From: Escherichia coli
GTDB taxonomy: Bacteria; Pseudomonadota; Gammaproteobacteria; Enterobacterales; Enterobacteriaceae
NCBI RefSeq assembly: GCF_016903815.1
Contig: NZ_CP069973.1
Length of the DNA: 64,000 nucleotides
Direction: 5' to 3' (one strand)
Shown here: in pieces, positions 22,532 to 35,509 of the stretch
Numbering within the stretch: position 1 is the stretch's first letter
Layout of the letters: every line of letters begins with the position of its first letter
Translations under genes and position numbers: made by a program
The notes under the pieces: model-generated
The model's database searches: none
Seen by the model: only the letters and a program-made list of their open reading frames with translations
Told to the model about the DNA's origin: nothing

Positions 22532-23137
22532 TCAACTCCGGCTACAGCCAAAATTGCGCTCACCGGTGCAGTGAGCTTTGGTATGTTCCTTCGCCAGATA
22601 GTCAGCACGTTCCAGCACCTGCTGAAAGCCAGTGTCATCATCGCGTTCCAGCCACACCGCCGGCCAGGCCGGAAAATGCACCAGCGTGGCATGGCACCCG
22701 ACATCCACTCCCAGGGCACTGCACCACGCCTGTTTAATCATCCCGGCCAGTGATCCCGGAGCACGGTAATCACCGGCACGACACCAGGTATCCCGGTTAA
22801 CCAGCAGCATCAGGTGATAGTGTTTTTTACCTTTGCACTCCCCAAACTCCCGGGCCCAGACGTAATGCAGGGTTGTGGGATGCACGCGTTTACCTTCCCG
22901 ATGCTTACGTTTCTGGTAAGCGTCGATTCGGGCTTTCAGGGCATTGATGAAGCGGGATATCACAGCTGCGTCCGTTGCTGCCGGTACATCCGGGAAACGC
23001 AGGTCAACCCGCAATGCCGTCAGGCGGGGATGAACATTCAGTGCGTGCCGCACCGTCTCACGAATACGTTGCTGCCAGAAGGGGTTGTATTTGTAGGTCA
23101 TGGTTAAATCTCCGTATGGTTCATACGGAATAGCCAC
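22532..23137 (-). CDS. YfjJ/YagK-family (inovirus Gp2-like) prophage protein
   Basis: 201 aa ORF; from MTYKYNPFWQQRI it resembles the YfjJ/YagK family of CP4-type prophage remnants (family assignment from memory). Confidence 0.5.
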   Translation of the reverse strand: MAIPYEPYGDLTMTYKYNPFWQQRIRETVRHALNVHPRLTALRVDLRFPDVPAATDAAVISRFINALKARIDAYQKRKHREGKRVHPTTLHYVWAREFGECKGKKHYHLMLLVNRDTWCRAGDYRAPGSLAGMIKQAWCSALGVDVGCHATLVHFPAWPAVWLERDDDTGFQQVLERADYLAKEHTKAHCTGERNFGCSRS

Positions 23138-23297
23138 GTCGTAAAAAATGCGCAGAGTCCCTGAAGTGACCTCCGGCAGGACACTGTCTCAGGCACTCTG
23201 TGATAACCCGAACGGTCGTCTCCGGACTGACGGTTGAATTTTCAGCGTTGTTTTTTTAATGTAAAAAACCGGTTACGGGTAAGGCTGTGAGGAGGGA

Positions 23298-23498
23298 GTG
23301 ATGGTGATACGCAAAAAGAAGTGCAGGGACTGTGGAAACGCGATTACTCATAATACAGTGTGTTGCCCGTATTGTGGTTCTGTCGACCCCTTCGGCTATT
23401 ACCGGAATACAGACCGTATCGTTACCATACTGCTGGCACTGATTATTGTGGTCCTGCTGACTACTGTCAGCGTCAGTCAGTGTGTATATACTGTGTAG
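23298..23498 (+). CDS. Small zinc-ribbon membrane protein (hypothetical)
   Basis: 66 aa: CRDCG...CCPYCG zinc ribbon followed by a hydrophobic helix (IVTILLALIIVVLLTTV). Confidence 0.35.
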   Translation: MMVIRKKKCRDCGNAITHNTVCCPYCGSVDPFGYYRNTDRIVTILLALIIVVLLTTVSVSQCVYTV

Positions 23499-24630
23499 CT
23501 GGTGAGATAACGGTTCATGTATCCCCTGAGCTGACAGTGTACCGGGTATATTAAGCGTAACCGACAGGTTCTCCTTCATACCATATTAAATTTTTCCAGG
23601 TATTGCCGCTGCCTTATTTCGTCCCATACAGGAAAACTCGTCTGGGTTTCTGACAAATACGCGAAACTCACAGCCCCTCAATATCAACCACACGCTGTAA
23701 GCCGGTAATACCTGAAAATCAGCCTATTACCGCCCGCGCCTCCGTTACCGAACGCTCAGGTGACCAGACTGAAGCCCAGCACGCACTCGTAAAATTTGCG
23801 GTCAGTTCCGTCAGTCAGTGGGCAACCGCAGAGTTACGGGCTTCCAGGTCCACAGGAGTGAGTCTATAACGCGTGTGGGAAATCATTTTTTCTGGCGTTG
23901 ACAGAACGCCTTACGGGCTGCCACTTACCCGGTGTCCCGCAATACAGCCTTAGTGTTCCGTTATCGGGGATCCGGACGCACCGCAACAACCGGGGAAGTA
24001 TTTCTGGTTAGAGCTGTGTCAAGAGGGATTTCTCAGCCCCTCACTCACCGGCTCAGTCTCAGGGCAGAAGCATTAATACGCTCAGTTCATGTCTTATACA
24101 GGAATGGGCATGGGGGGAGCTGGCGTGTCACTGCTGATTTTACGCATCAGCGTTCATGTATCTGCACTCTGATACAGAATGCTTCACAGCGCTCTGTTAC
24201 CGGAGAGATTTACTCTCTTAGGTTATTCTGGCAAATCCTTTACGTTACTCTCTGATGACTTCTTATATTTATAATACCAATCAGACAACCTTATCCCATC
24301 GGTGATATCAGTCTCCTGCTCGCCAGGAACGGGCTGACTCACTGTAACCACCTCCGAAAACAACTCTGCAATTATCAGAACGCCTGCTTCTCTCCCTGTC
24401 CTCACGAAAACTATCCCCTCTTTATCGCGCGTGCGTGCGGAAGCATCTTTTCGCAACAACCCCCCCGGGATTCCGCTACGGCTCTGCCATCGCAATCCCC
24501 CCGTTTATCTCCGGACAGCCACATTCCCGATTATTTTTTACGTTTCTCCCCGGTTGTTATGCCGGTGAAGGTGGCGCGCTGTTTTCATGACCACACCGGC
24601 TGGTTTAACAACATCCGGAGGAACATTCTC

Positions 24631-24837
24631 ATGGCTACCCCAGTTTCGCTGATGGATGACCAGATGGTCGACATGGCGTTTATCACTCAACTGACCGGCC
24701 TAACCGATAAGTGGTTTGACAAACTCATCAAAGATGGGGGCTTTCCTGCGCCCATCAAAATGGGGCGCAGCTCCCGCTGGCTGAAAAGTGAAGTGGAAGC
24801 CTGGCTGCAGGCGCGTATTGCACAGTCCCGTCCGTAA
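24631..24837 (+). CDS. alpA: AlpA-family prophage transcriptional regulator
   Basis: Start at MATPVSLMDDQM with GGAGG RBS at 24616-24620; short HTH protein of the AlpA type. Confidence 0.7.
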   Translation: MATPVSLMDDQMVDMAFITQLTGLTDKWFDKLIKDGGFPAPIKMGRSSRWLKSEVEAWLQARIAQSRP

Positions 24838-24915
24838 TTTTTAACCACTAACCCTTCGCCCACAGCAGACGCAATCTCCGGCCTGCCGGCGGCGCTCTGC
24901 TGCCTGTTATCCCCC

Positions 24916-25533
24916 GTGAGGAATATGAAAATGAAACAACAGTATCAGACCCGTTACGAGCTGCTCCATGAAAACTACCAGAAATGGCTGACCGGCTTCA
25001 CCCGGCACGCCGTATCATGGGGCGTGTGTCATCCGAATATCTACTATTTCCATAATCTGACGCCCGGGTGGGTGTCATTCAATGGCGAAAAACCGGAGAT
25101 TGCCATCGTTCCCCAGAGTCTGCACCGGCTGATTTATGGTCCGGACAAACGGAGCTCCCCGTCCCTGGATGATGATCTGGTGGTGAATTTATGCACCAGC
25201 GAACACCTGCTGGTTCATCATCCGATGCTGGAAGGGATCCTGCTGTCTGAATGTGAGCGCCTGAAGCAACATTCTCTGGCAAACAAACTGATCAGCCTCT
25301 TCCGTCAGTTTGGCGGCACGGAGTTACGTCTCAAACTGGTCTGGCTCTGCTGGCTTGACTTAATGACCGGAAACAGCCTTGACGACTGGACGAAAAACCT
25401 GAAACACAAATCAGAAAAAGATCTGGAGCAATGGATCATTGCACGTCAGGGTCAGAGTGAACCACTGACAAATCTGATGGATCAGTACGTGCTTATGGCA
25501 TACCGTACATCGGTTGATGCCGCTCACAGTTGA
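24916..25533 (+). CDS. Hypothetical protein (island cargo)
   Basis: 205 aa ORF directly downstream of alpA; no motif recognised. Confidence 0.35.
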   Translation: MRNMKMKQQYQTRYELLHENYQKWLTGFTRHAVSWGVCHPNIYYFHNLTPGWVSFNGEKPEIAIVPQSLHRLIYGPDKRSSPSLDDDLVVNLCTSEHLLVHHPMLEGILLSECERLKQHSLANKLISLFRQFGGTELRLKLVWLCWLDLMTGNSLDDWTKNLKHKSEKDLEQWIIARQGQSEPLTNLMDQYVLMAYRTSVDAAHS

Positions 25534-26395
25534 TGTCTGAGAACCACAGGGCTGGCAGCAGAAAACCAGCCCTGTGGTAAAATACAGTAATAGCGGCGTA
25601 CATCAGGCACGCCGCTCACTCGTCCACAGATCATATACGTCATTATACTGCGCGATAACGGAGGGCTTCAGCACCCGGTCATTTCTGAGCGGGTATGAAT
25701 ACCATTGATGATGCGAAGCAGCCACGGGCAGAAACGTTCTTCACAACCAGGTGCCTCCATCTTCACTGCAGTCTGAATGTGCCGGCTTGTTATCCACCAG
25801 AAATGGTATGCTCCGGTACATGCATACCCCGGAGACTATAAACGCACTGAATCATAGCCTCCCACCTCAGCAGGAGGCAGTCAGCTTTCAGGCGGAAAAA
25901 CGTTGCAGTTAAAGATCGTGAGAATCGCTGTTTCGTTGCATAGCAACCCGAACAGTTGTAGTGAAACATTTTACCTGCATCAGCACATGGTCAGGCGCCG
26001 TCTGTATGGCGTGGAATACTGATGTTTCGGCTGATGGCAAGCCTCATTCTCTGTGGAAACAGGGGCGCGCATTAGCTTCTCAACCAGAGAGTGTCACAAA
26101 GACAAATATTGCTGAAAATCGCATTCATCGTTCAGGCGTGAATGCCCGGAGACAAAAGCCGCTGTCCACACAGCCCCCCTCTGACCTGAACAAAAAGCAT
26201 ACACACAACAGGCTCACCTGACCCCGAAAAACCATAACTTCAGCAATACCAGTGACACCAGCACGTTACCTCAGTGCCACATCTTCAGACCGCGATCAAT
26301 CTGAAATGTGACTATCGGGGCAATATCCCTGCTTTGTGGTACACGATAACCAGAAAACATCCCCTGAACCGCCAGCCAGAAAGACTGGCCACAAA

Positions 26396-28353
<1,958 letters not shown>

Positions 28354-29873
28354 AAGGGGTAAGCTGAAATCGTTTATGGATTACATCGACATATGCCTGG
28401 CAGAGAATGTCCGGAATGACGAGGTTATCTTTGCGGAGATTAAGGCAATGGTATACGGGCCGACGTTCCATGCCGCGTTACTACATTCAGCCCGGACGTA
28501 AAATGCGCCCGTCAAAAAGAACGGTTCGCTTCGAAACTCAGCCAGGATACCACCTCTCCGCCACACCCGGGAAGAAGTTGATATGGTGGTTGCCGGACAA
28601 CAGCGCTCCTGGATTGACTGCTGCATCACTCAACCACGCTGAATATCAAAGGAGAGCGTTACCGGTTAAAAGAGAAACGTAAAGCTGTGGTGATGACCCA
28701 AAACGCAACGCCTGTCAGTGAGGATGAAATGGTGAAAAGCGGACAGCATCAGTAACGGAAGTATCTTAGCGGGTACGAAAATGGCAGGATCGTGACATTG
28801 ACAGAATATCTCCTGATCATCCTGAATGACTGCAGTTGCTGTAGAAAAGTAAGCTGTCTCCACCCACGGCACCACTTAACAGGCATTCCGTAACTTCCCC
28901 CAGACTTACTATGACGCATTATCGGTGCACTGAAAACGGGAGAGTGCGCTTAAAACCGCAGACCGCATGCGGGTGTTACTGCATGACAGTCTGGCCGTAT
29001 TGTGAGATGTCGGCAGGAACCGATGTCCGCGCAGGGGGGAACTTCCTGCAGTACCTGACGCTTCAAATGGTATTAACCGTAGGGTGTTGTTGGTTCCGGA
29101 TCGCGGAAATGGGAGCACAGGTCTGCTACGGGGTGTACCTCTGACAGTATATCCGGCTCGCTCATCTGACAGCCTCTCTCCCGGAAAAGACCAAAAATGA
29201 GATCGTCTCCTCAACAGCAGAGAAGAGGTCTTGACAGACAGGCTACATTGCATACGATTTATGAAGAAAAAGACAGCAAATATGGAGGTTATAGCGGAGA
29301 ATACCCTACGAAATTCCTATGAAAAACGATTGAAAAAAATATCAAATTCGATTCGTTTTTATATGCTTTTTGGGAGCGTGGCGATGACGAACTGTTGCAT
29401 GTGCAGAGGAGAATGCACCCGGAAGCACCAGAATCATCCAGAAAGGCAGAACGATTACGCATCAAACCAGGAGACAGCAATATCAAGGTAATATACTGAT
29501 TTAAAATGAATTTACAGCAATACGTAAAAACATTTTTTACTTAAAGGAGACAGATGCGCTGAAGAGAGTGCAGGTATTTTTATATAAAAATGAGAAGTTT
29601 ACGGGATGTATATCCGGCACACTATGACCGGAGAATATCAGTCAAGCTTAAAAAGACAATAAATACAGTGAGTTAAATACACAGAGAAAACGTAGTATCA
29701 GAGGGTACATCTTACAACAGAGACTGAATTTCCGGTTTTTCATAACCGGCGCATTCCGGAAAGTGCAGGCGGCCCGGAGGTTTTCTGACGCCACTACCTG
29801 GTAGATTGTTCTGTACATCATGTACGGAGGTTTTTGTTTGCTTTTTTAAAATCTGCAAATGTGAGAAAAGCAG

Positions 29874-31037
29874 GTGAGGTGTATTGTGGGAAAGGAACTG
29901 GATGATATCTGCACCAGCTGTCCGTATATCGATGCTGTAAAACGGCACAAACAACAGCTCGGTGCCATAGAGGAATATACACAGTGGTTAAAAAAAGAAC
30001 CACGGGCATCTTATTTTTTTCTGTTCCAGCTGTATACCCGCATTCACAATACATTTTTCTCCCAAAAGCAACAACTCCCGTTCACTCCCGGTGGCACTCA
30101 CTGCCCGGAACCTGATGTCACCCTTCGGGACTTAACGCTTTCCCCTGGCTACCACAGTGATTATGCCCCTCAACCCATTCCGGAGATGGACAGTTCTGCT
30201 GTTGTTCCCCCAACTAATGAAAACACCTCGCCTCCGGAAGATACTCCCGACAACACTCCGGCCGGAGGCAATACCGGACAAGCGGAAAAGACCAGAAACG
30301 CAGGACTCACACCCATTCCTGAAAAACGTTCAGGAATGCCCCCGGAACATCTGCGGTTTGCCACGGGGTTTCCATCGCAACCGAAGATTGCCGGTCCCAG
30401 AGAAAAGCCGATGCGCACCGTGCATCCGGATAAAATCTACCGTGAAATTATATGGTTCTGCTCCAGTTACCTGCTGAAATCCGGACCAGAGGCTACGAGG
30501 ACGATTATCAACTCAGTATTCTCTGAATGGGCCAGCATAAACAATGATTACCCCTCCCCCTTTTCGTGGGTGGACAGCAGGGACAGTGAACAGTGTGACT
30601 GGTTATGGAACGCCATGCAGGTCCGGTGTGTGGGAACCCCGCTGAATCCCCTTACCCCGGAGCAGAAATACTGGTTTGCCTGCGCCACGTTTGATAACTG
30701 GGAGGGCTGGAATGAGCAACAGGTACAGTTTTTACTGGAAAGTAATCCCAGACGGAACAGAGCGAAGTTTACGCAGGTCTCCTTCCAGGCCCCCAGGATT
30801 CAGCATAAAGCGATTCTTCTTGATGAGCTGAAAAGTGCCCGGGAGCAACAAAAAAGGCGTGATGAACGTGCTGATGGTTCCGTCCCTCTGAAACTGTCCG
30901 GAAAAATCCACAAACAGCTTGAAAGTATTGCCCGAAGTCGTGGTGTCCTCCCAAAAAAACTGCTGAATGAAATGATTGAGCAGGCGTACCATGATTTGGT
31001 GGCAACCAGGCAGAACAGCCAAATCGATTCCAGATAA
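29874..31037 (+). CDS. Hypothetical protein with Pro/Thr-rich low-complexity N-terminal region
   Basis: 387 aa ORF upstream of the YeeP-family GTPase; start codon uncertain. Confidence 0.35.
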   Translation: MRCIVGKELDDICTSCPYIDAVKRHKQQLGAIEEYTQWLKKEPRASYFFLFQLYTRIHNTFFSQKQQLPFTPGGTHCPEPDVTLRDLTLSPGYHSDYAPQPIPEMDSSAVVPPTNENTSPPEDTPDNTPAGGNTGQAEKTRNAGLTPIPEKRSGMPPEHLRFATGFPSQPKIAGPREKPMRTVHPDKIYREIIWFCSSYLLKSGPEATRTIINSVFSEWASINNDYPSPFSWVDSRDSEQCDWLWNAMQVRCVGTPLNPLTPEQKYWFACATFDNWEGWNEQQVQFLLESNPRRNRAKFTQVSFQAPRIQHKAILLDELKSAREQQKRRDERADGSVPLKLSGKIHKQLESIARSRGVLPKKLLNEMIEQAYHDLVATRQNSQIDSR

Positions 31038-31120
31038 TTTCAGACAGATATTATTTCCGTGAATCCCCCGCCACCTTTCCGGTGCGCGGGGTTTTGTCTT
31101 TTTTCACCGGGAATACATGT

Positions 31121-31993
31121 ATGAATCCGTCTGATGCCATTGAGGCAATTGAAAAACCGCTCTCCTCCCTGCCTTACTCACTTTCCCGTCACATCCTGGA
31201 ACATCTGCGCAAACTCACCAGTCACGAACCCGTGCCTGGCATTATGGGTAAAAGCGGGGCCGGTAAATCCTCACTCTGTAATGCGCTGTTTCAGGGGGAG
31301 GTCACCCCGGTCAGTGATGTTCACGCCGGCACCCGGGAAGTGCAGCGCTTCCGTCTGAATGGCCATGGTCACAGCATGGTTATCACTGACCTGCCCGGGG
31401 TGGGCGAGAGCCGGGACAGGGATGCAGAGTATGAAGCCCTGTACCGTGACATTCTGCTCGAACTGGACCTGGTACTGTGGCTGATTAAAGCCGATGACCG
31501 TGCCCTGTCTGTGGATGAGTATTTCTGGCGACACATCCTGCACCGGGGACATCAGCGGGTACTGTTTGTGGTGATGCAGGCCGATAAAACGGAGCCCTGC
31601 CATGAATGGGATATGGCCGGTATTCAGCCTTCTCCCGCAGAGGCACAGAACATTCGCGAAAAAACGGAGGCGGTATTCCGTCTGTTCCGGCCCGTACATC
31701 GGGTTGTTGCCGTATCGGCCCGCACCGGCTGGGAACTGGATACGCTGGTCAGTGCGCTCATGACAGCACTTCCCGACCATGCCGCCAGTCCCCTGATGAC
31801 CCGCCTGCAGGACGAGCTGCGCACGGAGTCTGTCCGGTCTCAGGCCCGTGAACAGTTTACCGGTGCGGTGGACCGGATATTTGACACGGCGGAGAGCGTC
31901 TGCATTGCCTCTGTTGCACGCACGGTTCTGCGCGCCGTCCGTGACTCGGTGGTCTCTGTTGCCCGCGCGGTATGGAACTGGATTTTCTTCTGA
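31121..31993 (+). CDS. YeeP/YfjP/YkfA-family small GTPase (prophage-associated)
   Basis: Start at MNPSDAIEAIEKP; G1 GKSGAGKSS, G3 DLPGVG, G4 MQADK; apparently full length here. Confidence 0.7.
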   Translation: MNPSDAIEAIEKPLSSLPYSLSRHILEHLRKLTSHEPVPGIMGKSGAGKSSLCNALFQGEVTPVSDVHAGTREVQRFRLNGHGHSMVITDLPGVGESRDRDAEYEALYRDILLELDLVLWLIKADDRALSVDEYFWRHILHRGHQRVLFVVMQADKTEPCHEWDMAGIQPSPAEAQNIREKTEAVFRLFRPVHRVVAVSARTGWELDTLVSALMTALPDHAASPLMTRLQDELRTESVRSQAREQFTGAVDRIFDTAESVCIASVARTVLRAVRDSVVSVARAVWNWIFF

Positions 31994-32110
31994 ACCCGGT
32001 GGTGATGTACCAGGCTGTTGTTACAGATTTTTAACTCCATGAAAACACTATGCAAACGCAGCCATACCCGGGTTGTCCCCTTGCGTTGTGTTTCTCAAGT
32101 TAATAGAATA

Positions 32111-32152
32111 CATCGATCGTTACTATCATATCGATCGTTATAAACGATCGTT
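32111..32152 (+). promoter_or_regulatory. Cluster of three GATC sites in palindromic repeats upstream of the dynamin-like operon
   Basis: catCGATCGtta (32111-32122), atCGATCGtta (32130-32140) and the perfect palindrome AACGATCGTT (32143-32152), ~60 bp upstream of the ATG at 32211. Confidence 0.4.
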
Positions 32153-32210
32153 TGTAGTAAATGACCTCCTCCTTGGTTGTCATGAAAATGCGTCTTAGGA
32201 AGGTTAAATA

Positions 32211-34607
32211 ATGCACGAAAAGAACATCGCCCTGCTTTGTGATGAAGCCGACCGACTTTTGCAACTGAACATTAATCTGCTCCGGCAAATGGTTGAGGAG
32301 CCAGATGTGTTATCTGACAGTAAGAACGAAAACAGACTGCTTTTTGATAAACAGAAAGCACTGAAAAGAATTGAGGAGCTGGAGGGCGAACAAATCAAAA
32401 CCGCCCGCAGGGAGATGGTGCTGGCTGTTGTCGGCACGATGAAAGCAGGCAAATCAACCACCATCAACGCCATTGTGGGGCAGGAAATTCTGCCTAACCG
32501 TAACCGCCCCATGACCTCTGTACCGACGCTCATCCGCCACGTTCCCGGAAAAACTGAGCCGGTTCTCCATCTGGAACATATTCAGCCTGTCCGCAATTTA
32601 TTAATCACACTGCAGGAAAAACTCGCCACCCCGGCAGGACAGCAGGTCGCACAGACCCTGCAGCAAACCGGGGATACCCGCGAACTGCTGGATATTCTGA
32701 CGGATGATGGCTGGCTCAAAAATGAATACCACGGGGAGGAGGAAATCTTTACCGGACTGGCATCGTTAAACGATCTGGTTCGTCTTGCTGCGGCAATGGG
32801 GACTGAATTTCCTTTTGATGAATACGCCGAAGTGCAGAAACTGCCGGTGATCGACGTGGAATTCAGCCATCTGGTGGGGATGGATGCATGCCAGGGAACA
32901 CTCACACTGCTGGATACCCCCGGCCCTAATGAGGCCGGACAACCGCAGATGGAAGTGATGATGCGGGATCAACTGCAGAAAGCCTCTGCGGTTCTGGCTG
33001 TGATGGATTACACCCAGATGAACTCAAAAGCGGATGAAGACGTCCGTAAAGAGCTTAATGCCATTGCTGACGTATCAGCCGGCCGCCTGTTTGTACTGGT
33101 CAATAAATTTGATGAGAAAGACCGCAATGGCGATGGGGCAGATGCCGTACGCCAGAAAGTTCCGGCAATGCTGAACAGCGATGTGCTGCCCGCCTCCCGT
33201 GTTTATCCCGGATCCTCACGCCAGGCATACCTGGCTAACCGTGCGCTTCATGAGTTACGGAAAAACGGAACCCTTCCTGTTGATGAAGCCTGGGTCGATG
33301 ATTTTATCAGAGGTGCCTTCGGTTGCATGAAAAAAGAATACGTCTGTAAAGACAGTGAACTGGCAACTGAAGGGGCGACAGACCTGTGGGAAGGCTCACT
33401 TATCGATCAACTGATAACGGAAGTCATACAGAGCTCACATTCCAGAGCTGCGGCACTGGCGGTTGACTCTGCCGCCGCAAAACTGATGCAGAATGCAGAA
33501 AATATCAGTGAATACCTGTTGTTACGCCATCAGGGGCTACAGCAAAGCATTCAGTCACTGCAGTCGCATATCACCAGCCTGCTTGCGGATATCCGGGAAA
33601 TCGCGGACTGTCAGGAGCAGATGACCACTGATGTCAGAATGGCCATGGAGGAGATCGATACTAAAACCCGGGAATTACTGACGGGGGTCTGCACCTCACT
33701 GGAAGAGGAGCTGAATGACTATTTCAGAAGCGGTAAACGCAAAGAACAGCAAATGCTGGAGGAAGAAGACGCAGAACAACGAAGGTCTCAGTCCGGATTA
33801 TGGGGGAAAATTTCTCAATGGTCCGGTATCAACAACCAGGGCCGGGAGGATTACAGGAAACGAGATTTTGCCCCGGACAGCCCCGAAATAAAATTCAGTG
33901 ATCGCAGGGAAGCCCTTGAACTGATGACGCAAATCGAATCGACCGTGACCAGCCTGCACCGTGAGGCTGAAGCACAGTTCCGGCCTGAGCTGGAGAAAAT
34001 CGTCAGCGGGATTGAAACAGGTTTTCGTGGCACGGCCCTGTACGCCACAGAAAACATTGCCGGTCGCATCAATGCCCGCCTGGAGGATGAGGGCTTTACC
34101 GTAAAAATCAGTTTTCCGGCAGTCAGCCAGTTACAGACCCGGCTCGCGGTAAAAATAAATCTGAGTGCGCTTATGGAGGAAAGAACGGAGACCGTCACCC
34201 GTCGCCGTCGGCAGAGTGGCGTATGGGGAACCGTTTGTCGATGGTTTGGCACCAGTGACCTGGGCTGGGAAAACTATGACGAGGATGTGAGTCGCAGCGT
34301 GATCAATATCAACAAGGTCAGAGAGGAAGTTATGTCACTGACCCGGGCATATTTCGGGGAGCTGCAGGCATCCATTGAGCAGGATATTAACCAGCCCGTC
34401 CGCCAGGAAATCGATGCCTTTTTCTGCGCATTCAGGGAGAAAGTTGAACAACTGCGTAACACGCTGATTCAGAGCTCTGAAGATCATAAACGCGATCAGC
34501 AGGCGCAGGAACGGCTTACCGGGCGACTTCAGGCATTAAATGAAAGGGTTCCTGAGCTCATTACTGACAGTAAGGCGCTGAGGGAAGAGCTGGAGACAAT
34601 GCTGTGA
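32211..34607 (+). CDS. Dynamin-like large GTPase (bacterial dynamin-like / LeoA / CrfC-like)
   Basis: 798 aa; G1 GTMKAGKST, G2 Thr (RPMTSVPT), G3 DTPGPNE, G4 NKFD, followed by a long alpha-helical/coiled-coil C-terminal half; AGGAAGG RBS at 32196-32202. Confidence 0.8.
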   Translation: MHEKNIALLCDEADRLLQLNINLLRQMVEEPDVLSDSKNENRLLFDKQKALKRIEELEGEQIKTARREMVLAVVGTMKAGKSTTINAIVGQEILPNRNRPMTSVPTLIRHVPGKTEPVLHLEHIQPVRNLLITLQEKLATPAGQQVAQTLQQTGDTRELLDILTDDGWLKNEYHGEEEIFTGLASLNDLVRLAAAMGTEFPFDEYAEVQKLPVIDVEFSHLVGMDACQGTLTLLDTPGPNEAGQPQMEVMMRDQLQKASAVLAVMDYTQMNSKADEDVRKELNAIADVSAGRLFVLVNKFDEKDRNGDGADAVRQKVPAMLNSDVLPASRVYPGSSRQAYLANRALHELRKNGTLPVDEAWVDDFIRGAFGCMKKEYVCKDSELATEGATDLWEGSLIDQLITEVIQSSHSRAAALAVDSAAAKLMQNAENISEYLLLRHQGLQQSIQSLQSHITSLLADIREIADCQEQMTTDVRMAMEEIDTKTRELLTGVCTSLEEELNDYFRSGKRKEQQMLEEEDAEQRRSQSGLWGKISQWSGINNQGREDYRKRDFAPDSPEIKFSDRREALELMTQIESTVTSLHREAEAQFRPELEKIVSGIETGFRGTALYATENIAGRINARLEDEGFTVKISFPAVSQLQTRLAVKINLSALMEERTETVTRRRRQSGVWGTVCRWFGTSDLGWENYDEDVSRSVININKVREEVMSLTRAYFGELQASIEQDINQPVRQEIDAFFCAFREKVEQLRNTLIQSSEDHKRDQQAQERLTGRLQALNERVPELITDSKALREELETML

Positions 34608-35509
34608 CTTCACCATTTATTCAACAAATTGCTGATAACCGGGTATGTCAGGTACTCACCTGTCTTCCTGAAAAATTTGTGGTTGATTTCGCAAACGGAA
34701 TCGATGTTGCACAGGAGCATATCCGCACGGCCGGAGAGCGCACGTTCTTCCGGCGTTTAAAAGAGGGGCTGACCGGCGAAGGCGCTGCACGGCAGAATGC
34801 CATCAATGCGTCGCTTGCACAGGGCGTTGAGGCGTCCCTGCGCTGGCTGACGGAGATGACAACGTCACTTGCCACCACAAACTACGCGATTACCCGGGTA
34901 AACGACAGGGTCAGTTCACTGGTCAGTGATACAGCCAGGCTGGCGCATTATTCCGCAGATACGCGGGAGCAGTTACTCACCCTGGCCGATCAGGTTCACC
35001 ATAAACTGAATCATCTTGAAGAAAAACTCCACCGTGTTGACCAGGTTCAGCGGGCGCAGTTACATCTTGAGCAGATATTCTCATGGTGGAGCGCCGGGCG
35101 ATATGCGTCATTTTCCCCTGCCGGACGTTGTTATGTGGCACTTGAAGAGCTTCGCTGGGGCGCGTTTGGTGATGTGATACGTCAGAGCGAAACAGGCCAG
35201 GTTAACCAGCTACTGGATATTCTCAGACATAAAGCATTAACGCAGATGGCACAGGAGAGTGGCGGTAGTGCAACCGTGCGTCTGAACACTCTGGACTGGC
35301 TTGGTGGTCAGGGCCGGGAGCAGGCAGATAACGAGTGGCATGACGCGATTAACTGGCTGGGAGACTGGTGCAGTGAAGAGCAGCATCCGGTGATCTGGTC
35401 AACCACGCAGGCTGCAGAACACTTACCGGTTCGCATGCCTCGCCTCTGCTCTGCAGAACGCCTCTCTGAAAGTATGGTCGATGAAATATTTCAGAAGGGG
35501 GCTGCATGA
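34604..35509 (+). CDS. Hypothetical coiled-coil protein, translationally coupled to the dynamin-like GTPase
   Basis: 301 aa; GTG start overlaps the upstream TGA (GTGA at 34604-34607); heptad-like stretch REQLLTLADQVHHKLNHLEEKLHRVDQVQRAQLHLEQ. Confidence 0.55.
   Translation: MTSPFIQQIADNRVCQVLTCLPEKFVVDFANGIDVAQEHIRTAGERTFFRRLKEGLTGEGAARQNAINASLAQGVEASLRWLTEMTTSLATTNYAITRVNDRVSSLVSDTARLAHYSADTREQLLTLADQVHHKLNHLEEKLHRVDQVQRAQLHLEQIFSWWSAGRYASFSPAGRCYVALEELRWGAFGDVIRQSETGQVNQLLDILRHKALTQMAQESGGSATVRLNTLDWLGGQGREQADNEWHDAINWLGDWCSEEQHPVIWSTTQAAEHLPVRMPRLCSAERLSESMVDEIFQKGAA

Noticed and set aside
32211..34607. Possibility that the large ORF after the YeeP-family GTPase is the Ag43 (flu) autotransporter
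   Set aside because: The protein has no signal peptide, passenger repeats or C-terminal beta-barrel; it has P-loop GTPase motifs and a helical stalk, so it is dynamin-like.
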